Assembly (NCBI RefSeq): GCF_018350175.1
Contig: NC_058368.1
Location: 5,952,001-6,016,000, forward strand
Length of the DNA: 64,000 nt
Direction: 5' to 3'
From: Felis catus
Taxonomy: Eukaryota
The notes below the pieces were generated by a model, which ran no database searches, was not told the origin of the DNA, and saw only the letters and a list, made by a program, of their open reading frames with translations. The position numbers and the translations under genes are program-made. Positions 28,101-40,600 of this stretch are shown here, piece by piece; position 1 is the stretch's first letter; each line of letters opens with the position of its first letter.

Positions 28101-31100
28101 ACGTTTGCATTGCATCAGTCCATCCCCATGATATTAAAGGCTTGTGGTAAGTGGTCATCGAGATATAAAATATATATATATTTTATATATATTTTACGTA
28201 CGATATATTATATCGTACATTTTATATATATTTTACGTACGATGTATTATATCGTACATAAATATATATATTACATATATATTTATAAATAATATATATT
28301 ATATATATATGAATAAAATAAAATGAACAAATCAACATAATAACAACTCACAAAAAAATAGTTGGAAACATTTCAATTTTTCATAGAAAAAAAGTAGTGT
28401 ATTTCTTGAAGATCTGATGATTCTGACTCTTTGGAATAGTTCACTTTCTCTGTGCTTTCTCACTAATTCCGGTTACTTTTCATACATTAACTCATTTAGT
28501 CCTCACAAGAACCCTGTGACACGCACGATAGAGAAACTGGGGTAGACACAGAAGGAACACACTTGAGACAAATGGCTGGGAAGATGTGGGTCCAGGTGGG
28601 CATCCCAGGCAATGTGATCCCAGAGCTCCCAGACTCAACTACTCTACTGCGTCTCTCTGGAAGGGGCACGTGAATCATGAGAATGTAAGATGCTACTCAC
28701 AGCATTTATGGTGACAGAGGATGGTGTTCTTGTAGTAAAAACAAAGCCAAGTTTCTTTATTCCTTTCACTAAAGCTGCTTCATCTACCAACAAAAAGTCT
28801 GTATTAATGGAGACTGAATGAAGATATTAACACTGAATTTAATTTGATACAGATTTCTATTCTCCAGCGCTAAAATACCATGACATTTTTTTAACTTGGC
28901 TTTTTTTTTTTTTTTTGGCTCCAAATGCACTTATCTAACTACCAGATAGCGTTCGTGAAAGAGGAAATCTGCTTAAATAGACCCCTTTCAGTGAGGCTGA
29001 GATCTATTTACCGGCCTAAATTCCTTTCTTAGTACTCATTACGGTTTTTGTTCGACAAGCCATTGATAGAATCGCCACAAAATGCCGCAGTGCCTTAACC
29101 TTACTCCTGCCTTGTTACTGATTATGACTAAATGTTCCACCAAGCCCTAGCTCAAAGAGCCGTCTCCACCAACGTCCTTAGGGCAGTCTTTGGGGGTGTG
29201 GGGAGCAGGATCCCCAGCGCTGCAACGTGGCTCAAAACCGCACAGTACCATCAATAGCCCTGATTCATAAGAACGCCCGAGAAGGAGCGACGCAGGGGCA
29301 GTCGGGATCAGTGACGGCACCACCTCTTCTCGGGGTTCATCACCTACTGGGTGCTCCAGGAGCACGTGATAGACACCTACCTGGGGAGGAAGCCTGGTAG
29401 GTTGTATTACCTCCATCTCTCTCAGGAACAACAGTGTGACACACACATAACAGGGTGAGAAACTCCTTTATGTAATCTCTCGTGGGCTACAAAAAAGGCA
29501 CAGAGCCAGTGAGTCTCTTCCAACACCAGTGGCACAAGAGTTAGATACAGTCTGCAGGTAGCAACAACCGCGGTTTTCACCTCAGGGACACAGAGAGCCA
29601 AGCGCTGACTGCAAACCACATCAGGCACTCGGAATGTGTTTGCAGAGTGGCTACCAAGGCAGACAGTGCAGGGCCGGGGAGACCTCAGGGAACAAGATGA
29701 CCCTACCCTCTTGGAGCTTCTCTCCTCCCCAGGGAAACAGGTTTTCTCAAAGCTGGAGGAAATAAGTAGGGGTCGTCACAGAGCAAGGAGGGGCATGTTT
29801 TAGGTAGGTGATCTGGGGGGAAAAATTGGAGGACATAATATCTAAACTAAGACCTAAATGGAAAAGTTAGTTAGCTGTGTGACTGTGACATGTGACCGTG
29901 GCACAGGCTAGACAAAGGGGATGGACAGCACTTTCAGAGGCTCCGAGGCAGAGACAGATTCATAGGTTTGCGAGCTTCAAGTTTGTGTGACTCCAGCGTC
30001 TTGAGCAAGGGGAATAATGACACAGAATCGGGTGGGAGAGAAAGCCACGGTGACGAGCTAGGATTTTATCTTTAGTGGCGTGCCAGTCCTCTGAAGGTTT
30101 TGAAGCAAAGGAAGAACACATAAAGATTCATGTTTTAAAAGATCACTTTTAGTTTTGATGGGCGGGGCGCCTGGGTGGCTCAGTCAGTCAAGCGTCCAAC
30201 TCTTGATTTCCGCTCAGGTCATGATCTCACGATTTGTGAGTTCAAGCCCCACATGGGGCTCCATGCTGACAGTGCAGAGCCTACTTGTGATTCTCTCTTT
30301 CCCTCTTTCTCTGACTCTGCTTGTGCTCTCTGTCTCTCCCTCTTTCAAAAATAAATACACTTAAAAATAAAAATAAATAAAAATAAAAGACCACTTTTAT
30401 TTTTGAGAAGACCAAGATTTCAAATCAAGTAGATCAGTATTTTGAAATCGGTAAGTGAAGTTATTGGTAAAATACAATAGAACCAAAGCGCTTCAAAGCA
30501 TTCAGAGATTTTCTTACACAGATTGCTACACAGTAAAATGTTCTTGAGTGATGTTTGGGTTCATTCACACCAGTTAGTTTGGCACTCCCCTCATAACATC
30601 AGTATGGAATCCGCTGTTCACTATATTAATGTCCAAAAAATTTCAAGACCCCCTCTCTTTCCTGGCTCAGAAAATTATACCTTTTAATAAGCCATATATA
30701 TGGTTTTTTTTATTTTTTTTTTCAACGTTTATTTATTTTTGGGACAGAGAGAGACAGAGCATGAACGGGGGAGGGGCAGAGAGAGAGGGAGACACAGAAT
30801 CGGAAACAGGCTCCAGGCTCCGAGCCATCAGCCCAGAGCCCGATGCGGGGCTCGAACTCACGGACCGCGAGATCGTGACCTGGCTGAAGTCGGACGCTTA
30901 ACCAACTGCGCCACCCAGGCGCCCCATGCCATATATATGTTTTAAAGTTATGTAGCATTACCGTGTTGACATGGGAGTGAAAACAGCAGACTTACGTGGC
31001 CATTCTCAAAGTTCTGCAACAATGTTGGGTCATTAAATCCACCGGATTCTGTGATGGCAGACGGTGATGCACTGAGGAAGAACAGAGAAGATTTACTGTA

Positions 31101-34100
31101 ATTAAAAGTTCCTGACAGAGCCAGTCAGCGATCAAATGGACCCAAAGTGAACACGCAGCCCCATCTTCTGATTTCAGAAAGTTACACTATGAAGTCTACA
31201 CAACTACAGCTGACGCTTGAACAACATGGACTGTGCGGGTCCACTGACACACAGATTTTTCTTGTACAATATGGTAAATGTATTTCGTCTTCCTTGTAAT
31301 TTTCTTAGTAACACTTCCTTTTCTCTGCTTCACTTTAAGAGTACAATCTATAATACGTGTACAAAATATGTGGTAATCGATCGTTTACATTATTGGTAAG
31401 GCTTCTGGTCCAACAATAGTCTCTGAGTAGTTAACTGGGGAGTTAAAAGCTATACACGGATTTTCAACTGCCTGGAGAGGGTCAGCACCCCTAACCCCTG
31501 TGTGGTTCAAGGGTGAGCTGTATAGTAAATATTTAAGGTTCTGTCAAATTATACATCCTCTCAGCCCTCAAGTTGCAAAATGGCATTAGAAAATACCTAA
31601 ATCTGTGTTGAAAACCATGTAATTATACAGAGTTTAAGACAGAGTAACCATAAAATCAATAAATCAAAGTCTGGATTCTGGGTTCTTTGAATATCACATG
31701 GGAAAGATCTATCCAGGGGAGATTTCTGGGAACTGCCTTTGGAGATCTAGACAAGGGATAGCTGTGTTACCATATATCAGAACTCCAGTACTGAGAAAAA
31801 GCCCATTACAGGGGAAAAGGAACATGGGCAAAGTAGAAAAGAATGTTGTCTAGTTACCTTAGGTTGTCCAAAATGGTATCACTTCTGCTTGACAGATTTC
31901 TGAGGGAAAACGAGGGAGGTTATAAGGCTATAAATATAAAAAACTTCAGGAATTCTAAAAAAAACATTAAAAAAGCAGATATAAACCATATTTTTTAACA
32001 ACTGCCAGTTTTCATTTAAGTTTCAGTCTCATTCAGATATAGCTATGTTATTAGAAATTCATTTAAGTTTTGAAGTAAATACTTATTAATTTGTTTAAAA
32101 AATGAGAATTTTCAACAGAGTATGGCAAAAAAAAAAAGCCACTTACCCATAAATTATACCTGCAATGGTACACTTCTTCAATGTCATAATATTGCAAGTG
32201 AGTGTTCCTGTTTTATCAGAAAATAAATATTTTACCTAAAGAAAGAAAAAGCAAACATGATAAACAACATAAATATAAAAGTTAAGAGCAAAGACAAATT
32301 TCAGTTCTTTTCTTTAAGTCCTCAAAATACTTGAACTTTTAGTAAAAAGAAGTTCAGCCTACAAGAATTCTGCCTTTAATATTTATACTTCTTTCAGAGG
32401 TTCTCTTTGTTTTATACTGCAGGTGAAATTTTATGTTAATATGCAAAGTAAATTTCAGGCCATCCAACCTAAGAAAATCAAAACTCCAAGTTCTTTTTCT
32501 TGCCACAAGAAATCTCATCAAAGGTCTCTAGAAAACATTAAGTGTATATATAGATAGAAATATATAGACACACACACACACACACACCCCAAAACCAGAT
32601 AAAGACATTATAGAAAAAATTTACAGGCCAATATCCCTGATGAACATAGATGCAAAAATACTCAACGAAATATTAGCAAATCAAATTCAACAGTACATTG
32701 AAAAGATTACACAACATCATCAAGTGGAATTTATTCCAGTGATACAAGAATAGTTTAAAAAATCAATCAATGTGATATACCACATCAATAAAATAAAGGA
32801 TAAAAATAATACAACCATCTCAGGAGATGCAGAAAAAGCATCTGACAAAATTCAACATCCATTTATGATAAAAACTCTCAATGAAGTAGGGGTTAAAGGG
32901 AACAAACTTCAACATAATAAAGGTCAATATGACAAGCCTGAAGTTAACACCAATGGTCAACGGTGAGAAGCTGGAAGCTTTTCCTCTGAGATCAGAAACA
33001 AGAAAGGGTGCCCACTCTCACCACTTTATTCAACATAGCATTGGAAATCCTGGCCAGAACAATTAGGCAAGTAAAATAAAAGGCACCCAAATTAAAAAGG
33101 AAAAAGTAAAACTGTCACTATTTGCAGAAGACCACACCAAAAACTCCTTAGAATGAATGGATTCAGTAAAGCTGCAGGTTACAAATTCAACATACAGAAA
33201 CCTGTTGAATTTCTATACATTAATAATGACTGTTAGAAACATTAACAATTCCATTTACAATTGCATCAAAAAGAATAAAATACCTAGGAATAAATCTAAT
33301 CAAGGAGGCAAAAAACCCGTGATCAAAGAAACTGAAGAAAACACAAATAGAAAGATATTCCACAAATTAACCTTGTTAAAATGTCCGTACTACCCAAACC
33401 AAATACAGATTCAATGTAATCCCTATCAAGATGCCAGTGGCATTTTTCACAGATTTAGAACAATAATCCTAAAATGTGTATGCAACCACAACCCCAAATA
33501 ACCAAGGCAATCTTAAGAACAAAGGAGGTATCATGCTTCCTGATTTCAAACTATATTACAAAGTTATAGAAATCCAAACAGTATGGGATTTGCATAAAAA
33601 CAGACACGTAGGTCAATGGAATGGAAAAAAGAGCTCAGAAATAACCAATGAACATATGGTTAATTAATTTACAACACAGGAGACAAAAATGTGCAATAGA
33701 GAAAGGACAGTCTCTTCAATAAATGGTGTTCAATAAATAAATGACAATGTCACCAATAAACTTGACAACCACATGCAACAGAATGAAGCTGGACCACTTT
33801 CTTATACCATGTACAAAATTAACTCAAAATGGACTAAATACTTGAACACAAGACCTAAAACTATAAAACTCCTAGAAGAAAACATAGGTAGTATGCTCTT
33901 TGACATCAGTCTTGGTGATGATTTTTTGGATTTGACACTAAGAACCAAGGCAGCAAAAGCAAAAATAAGTAAGTGGGACTACATTAAATTAAAAATCTTC
34001 TGCACAGCAAAAGAAATCATCAGCAAAATGAAAAGGTAACACAATGAATAGGAGAAAATATTTGCAAATAATATATTTGATGAAGGGGGTTAATATCTAA

Positions 34101-34617
34101 AATATATAAAGAACTCATGCAACTCAACAGCAAAATAATAATCCAATTTTAAAAATGAGGAGAGGATCTCAATAGATGTTTTTCCAAAGAAGACATACAA
34201 ATGGCCAACAGACCCATAAAAAGATGTTCAGCACCACTAATCATCAGGGAAATGCAAATCAAAACCATAATGAGATATCACTTCACACCCGTTAGAACAG
34301 TTATTACCAAAAGACAATAAGTGTTGGCAAGGATGTAGAGAAAAGGGGACTCTTGTGCACTGTAGGTGGGAGTGGAAATTGGGGCAACCACTATGGAAAA
34401 CAGCATGGAAGCTCATCAAAAAATTAAAAACAGAACTACCATATGATCCACCAATTTCGCTTCTGGGTATTTATTTGAAGAAAATGAAAACACTAAGTCA
34501 AAAAGATAGATATACCCCTATGCTCATGGCAGCATTATCTACAATAGCCAAGATAAAACAACCTGTCAATGAATGAATGGACCAAAGAAAATGTAGTGTA
34601 TATGTAATACAGTAATA

Positions 34618-34663
<46 letters not shown>

Positions 34664-37600
34664 TGAGCCATAAAAAGAAGGAAATCTGGCCGTTTGCACA
34701 TGAAAGGACTCTGAGGGCATTATGTTGTGTGAAATAAGTCAGACAAAGAAAGACAAATGCACAGGATTCACTTACTTGTGCAATCTGAACAAGAAAAATA
34801 ACTGAACTCGCTACAGAGAACAGATTGGTGGTTGTCAGAGGCAAGGAGTGAGCAAAACGGGTGAAGGGGGTCAAAAGGTACAAACTTCCAGTTAGAAAAT
34901 AAATGAATCCTCAGGATGTCGTGGAAAACACGGTGATTGTAGTTAATACCACCATACTGATGTTCAGAAGCTGCCAGGAAGATAGATCTTAAAAGTTCTC
35001 ATCACCAGAACTCTGTAACTATGTATGGTGACAGACGTTAACTAGACTTCTTATGATGATCGTTTTGCAATATATACAAATACCAAACCATTATGTTGCA
35101 CACCTGAAACTAATATAATCATAGATGCCAATTATACTCAATAAAAAAAGGAAAAGAGGCAATGTTAAACCATTTTTTTTATTATCATGATAAAGTGCTT
35201 TTAGATAAAACTTACCATTTTGACCATTTTTAAGTGTTATTATTGAACACATTGACATAGTGGTGCAACCGTCACCACCATCCATCTCCAGAACGTCTTT
35301 CTCATCCCAAACTGAAACCTCCTACCAATCCAGCAATACAATGACTCCCCATTCTGTCCTCCCTGCAGCCCCTAGCAACCACTATGCTACTTTCTGTCTC
35401 TATAAATCTGACTATTCCAAGTACTTCATATAAGCTGAGTCATGTTCTATTTGTGTCCTTTTGTGTCTGGCATATTTCACTTAGCATAATCTTCAAGATT
35501 TATCCATGCTGTACCCTGTTTCCAGATTTCATTCATTTTCAGGACTGCATAATATTCCACTGTATGTGCAGACCACATTTTGTTTAATTATTTATTGGAC
35601 TTTTGAGTTGTTTCCACCATTTGCCTATTGTGAATAGTGCTGCTTAGAACATGTGTGTATAGGGGCGCCTGGGTGGCGCAGTCGGTTAAGCGTCCGACTT
35701 CAGCCAGGTCACGATCTCGCGGTCCGTGAGTTCGAGCCCCGCGTCAGGCTCTGGGCTGATGGCTCAGAGCCTGGAGCCTGTTTCCGATTCTGTGTCTCCC
35801 TCTCTCTCTGCCCCTCCCCCGTTCATGCTCTGTCTCTCTCTGTCCCAAAAATAAACGTTGAAAAAAAAAAAAAAAAAGAACATGTGTGTATATAATACCT
35901 GTTTGAGTCCCCACTTTGAATTCTTTTGTGAAAATCCCCAGATGTGGAATTGCTGGAACATATGGTAATTCTAGGTTTAGTTTTTTGAGGTTTCTCCATA
36001 GTGTTTTCCACAGTGACTGCACCATCTCATATTTCCACATGAACACGTGTTCTCTGGTGTGAAAGTTTTACAGTAGGTGTCCTGGTGGCTGCCAAGTGCT
36101 ATTTCATTATGGTTTTGATCTGCAGTTCCTTAAAGATCAGGGATGTTGAGCATCATTTCAGGTGCTTATTGTTTGTTTATATACATTCTTTGGAAAAATG
36201 TCTATTAAAGTCCTCTGCTATTGAGTTGTACTAGTTTTTATATATTCTGAATATTAAACTTATTGTCTTGTTTTATTTCTGCTCTTATCTTTATGTATTA
36301 CCTACATAAACAATGTAATTTTCTTTTTTTTTTATTTTAATGTTTATTTACTTGTGAGAGATAGAGTGTGAGTGGGGGAGGGGTGGGGAGGGGCAGGGAG
36401 AGAGGGAGACACAGAATCTGAAGCTGGCTCCAGGCTCTGAGCTGTCAGCACAGAGCCCGATGCAGGGCTTGAACTCACAAACAGTGAGATCATGAGCTGA
36501 GCCGAAGTCAGATGCTTAACCGACTGAGCCACCTAGGCGTCCCAGTATAATTAATTTTCAAAGCTTGAGTTCCAAAGCCAGTTTTATTATATTGAATTAC
36601 TACTCTAAAGTAGCTAGAGTCGGCTGACAAGGCAAGAGGGATAAACTGATTTTTTTCCCAACTGTCAACAGAAAACATATGTTCTAAAGGATTAGCAAAT
36701 GATCAGATTTTCACGAGCAGAAAAGTTGCTAGAAAGCTGATTATTCCATCCTCCTCCATTTTTAGTTTTCCAAGGTAAAAAGGCTATTAATGGTGTTCTC
36801 AGATCAGGCATTTCCAAGAGCCAGAAATATTCTAAAATAAATATTTACTGAGAACTCACTATTCAAATGATACTATACAATGTGACCATAAATTAGAAAT
36901 CATATAAACTAAATACTGGCTAATTAAATCCCTTCTTCACACTGGGTACTGTGCTGAGTGTATTACAAATACATTATCTTATTCAGTCCTCCAAACAACC
37001 TTCTCAAGTAGTTGCTATCGACATGCCCGAATTACAGATGAGGAATCAAGGCCAGCAAAGTTACCTAAGAAGCCCATGGTGACGCTGCTGGTAAATAGTG
37101 AGACCAAGGTTCACTCCCAGGAAGTTTAACACCGAAATTCTGCTTTTTATCATAATTTACATATTGCTGCCAATTAATTGAAAGATGGGAACTTATAATA
37201 TTATTAAAAAAAACATTAATAGCAAAAATGATTACAAAAAAGTACCAATCAGAAGTCCCATCCTTCCAGGTACCATACGACTGTGGGAGTTAGTTGAGTT
37301 TTTCCAGCTGTCCTGAGGTATAACTGACAAATAATTGTGGGAGTTTTTAAAAACAATTTATACTTGTAAAGCTGCCACTGTCACTTAGAAGGCAACCAAC
37401 TGTCCACTGGTAACCTGGCATCATTCCTGCCCCTTTCTGTTGTACTGTAGGGGCTCATGACCTGAGGGTACATTTCTCCCTATCTCCCAGGATTCCAGTT
37501 TAGATTCTACCACTGAAAGGAACTTGCAGTAAAGAATTACAAGCTGCATCGTTGCCCTATTGGCAGCTGTGGGCAGATGCATGGGTTAGATGGGTATGAA

Positions 37601-40600
37601 ATTTTGCAGCAGGCTCCAGATGCTTCCCTGTGGGTCCTCTGCCGTAGGGAAGCAGGAGCATGGCCACCAGTGGCAGATGCCCAGGTTCCTGTGACTCCCT
37701 GAAAGCTAACTGAAAACTTGAGAGCTAACTGACGCTTTCACTACCTGCCTCTCCAGCTCTTCTACTCTTTCAAGCACATTAATAACCTGTATTAGGTCCG
37801 TTCGACTTGCAACCCATGATGCATTATCAATATTTTTAGCTAATTATACTTTCGAAGCTCCACATGGGTATCATGTCAACTACAGCTTATGGCTGAATTC
37901 GCACTTTAATTTTGCACACGCTCTCCCTAGAGGGCGTTCTTCAAAGTTCTTGTCACATACCCAGGCCCTGAAGGGGCCCTCACCTGCCCAAGCTCTTCGT
38001 TAAGATTGGACGTTCTGGCCATGGCATAGACGTTATTTCCTTCATAATGCATATCTTCATCCTGCAAGAAATGAGCAAAACAGCCAAGCCACGCAGTCAG
38101 AACTAGGCTCAAAACGTCTGCAGGTCAACTGGGCTGCCACTGGTCTTCTGACATGGCTGACATGAGAAAGAATTCAAAATGGAGTCTAGAATACTAAGAG
38201 AGTCTTGGGTGCTAGTTTCTCACACGCTTTGGCAGAGCTGATTCAGGACAGGCAATGCTACATAGAAACAAATATCAGTGTGTCGTTGGTTTGGTACTGG
38301 AAGACTTGGCTTCCAAATCCCAGCTCCGCCTCAGACGCTCCCACAGAGTGTCTGAGATCCTGAGTATGCTTTGCAGCTACTACATCTATAAAATGGGAGC
38401 GATAACACGGATCTCACAGCGCCACTGTGAATTTTAAATGAGAATACACTTGAAAGCACTCTGTCTCATTTTGTGGTTGTTAAAAATAACACTACCCTTC
38501 AAGTGATGGTAATTCATTGATACAGGGAAGCATTTTAGTAGGACATCTAGCAAAAAATTTATTTCCACAAAAAATCTTTTTAAATATAACTAAAAATTGC
38601 AAATGCACATTCAAAGTAGAAAATTTGCTCAGTCACATGATACTAAGTATCAATTTAAGTGAATGCATGGTTTTCACCTAAGAGATCTTTTCCTTAGTTT
38701 GAAGTCATTCTGGAATGGCTGTTTCTGTCACTCTTGCCAAGATACGTAAATCTACTGTAAGTCTACTGGACTCTACTGTTCTAGAATATCTTAAATTTTA
38801 ATGGGCCATCTCTTTGCAGTTGCTACTAAGTCACTACTCTTGAATCTTTCTTATCAGCTAGGAAAAAACATATTAAGAAACAGTGTCCTCAAGAGTGACA
38901 CAGAGAGGCCCAGGCACTGCTGAGTCAGGCTGACCCTGATGTTTGGCTCTCCTGTCAGGAATGCAACTCACCCGTGCACCACGGTAGGAACTCAGGCACT
39001 CTGATTCTTAAAACCAAAGCCACAGGTCAAGAGAGAACTTGTTTTTAAACTTTCTGATTTGCATACTCACCCAGTTTATAAACAGGGCCTGAATATATTT
39101 CACAATTTCCAGAGTGACCAGCAGGCTAATGGGGATGAGATTGTGATACAAGATGATGAACACCAATATGTCAAACCCTAAGCTGTGGGAGCTGTAACCT
39201 GTGGAAGAAGATCAGAGGAATCATGTCACAGCTGCAGGCAATACCTCTATTCTTCTTTGCATTATTACGTTTTAAAATTGTGAAAATTTCTCCATGAAAA
39301 TTACTATTAAGGGTAAAATTAAATGGACACATAAAGTAGTTTTATTATTTTTTAACATAGTTTATTGTCAAATTGGCTTCCATACAACACCCAGTGCTCA
39401 TCCCAACAAATGCCCTCCTCAATGCCCATCACCCACTTTCCCCTCTCCCCCACCCCCGTCAACCCTTAGATTGTTCTCTGTATTTAAGAGTCTCTTATGG
39501 TTTGCCTCTTTCTCTCTAACTTTTTTTCCTCCTTCTCCTCCCCCATGGTCTTCTGTTAAGTTTCTCAAGATCCACATATGAGTGAAACATATGGTATCTG
39601 TCTTTCTCTGACTGACTTATTTCACTTAGCATAATACCCTCTAGTTCCATCCATGTTGTTGCAAATGGCCGGATTTCATTCTTTCTCATTGTATATATAA
39701 ACCACACCTTCTTTATCCATTTGTCAGTTGATGGACATTTAGGGTCTTTCCATAATTTGGCTATTGTTGAAAGTGCTGCTATAAACATTGGGGTACACGT
39801 GCCCCTCTGCATCAGCACTCCTGTATCCCTTGGGTCAATTCCTAGCAGGGCTATTGCTACGAGGGATAGTTCTATTTTTAATTTTTTGAGGAACCTCCAC
39901 ACTGTTTTCCAGAGCGGCTGCACCAGTTTGCATTCCCACCGACAGTACAAAAGGGTTCCCGTTCCTCCACATCCTCGCCAGTATCTATGATTTCCTGAAT
40001 TGTTCATTTTAGCCACTCTGACCGGTGTGAGGTGGTATCTCAAAGTGTGGCTTTGATTTGTATTTCCCTGATGATGGGTGACACAGCATCTTTTCATGTG
40101 TCTGTTTGCCATCTGGAGTTAAGTCTCAGTTAAGCACCAACACTGTAATAGGGCTTGTGCCAAGCGTCAACATACAAGATCTAGCAAGAGACAGACCCTG
40201 CTCCCAGGGAGCTTTGGATGCAGCTTGAGAAAGGAAGATGTGTCAGGAATTACGATACAATGAAATCCATGATAGCGCTGAACACGAAGAGTTGCAACGA
40301 CACAAAATGGAGGGCCCAGAAAGAGGGTGCACAAAAGAAGGTGAGCCCAGTTTTGAGGAAGGGAGTTTGTTAAGTGGAGATGAAAGGAAGGGCACGAAAG
40401 GACATTTTATTTAGGTGGAAGTACGTGGCTTGAAGACAAAGAGATAATCAATGATTTTTTAAACTTAAGAAATGAAGGAAAGTAAAGCCAAAAGGAAAAG
40501 AAAAAAATAAATATCATACTTCGTAAAACCTAGTGATGTACTCATTTTTAAAGAGGTACATGTATTTGAGAGAGCAATTTTCCAATAAAAGTTCAATCTA

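Noticed and set aside
28180..28257. Palindromic direct repeats as a CRISPR-like array
   Set aside because: Eukaryotic context, two abutting units, no spacers.
29040..29400. Locally raised CpG/GC as a CpG-island promoter
   Set aside because: Short and only modestly CpG-rich; no other promoter evidence.
37661..37678. TGGCCACCAGTGGCAG as a second CTCF site
   Set aside because: Two bases short between CCACCAG and GGC, so the spacing does not fit the motif.
39516..40112. 198-aa ORF
   Set aside because: C-terminal fragment of L1 ORF2; not an independent gene.
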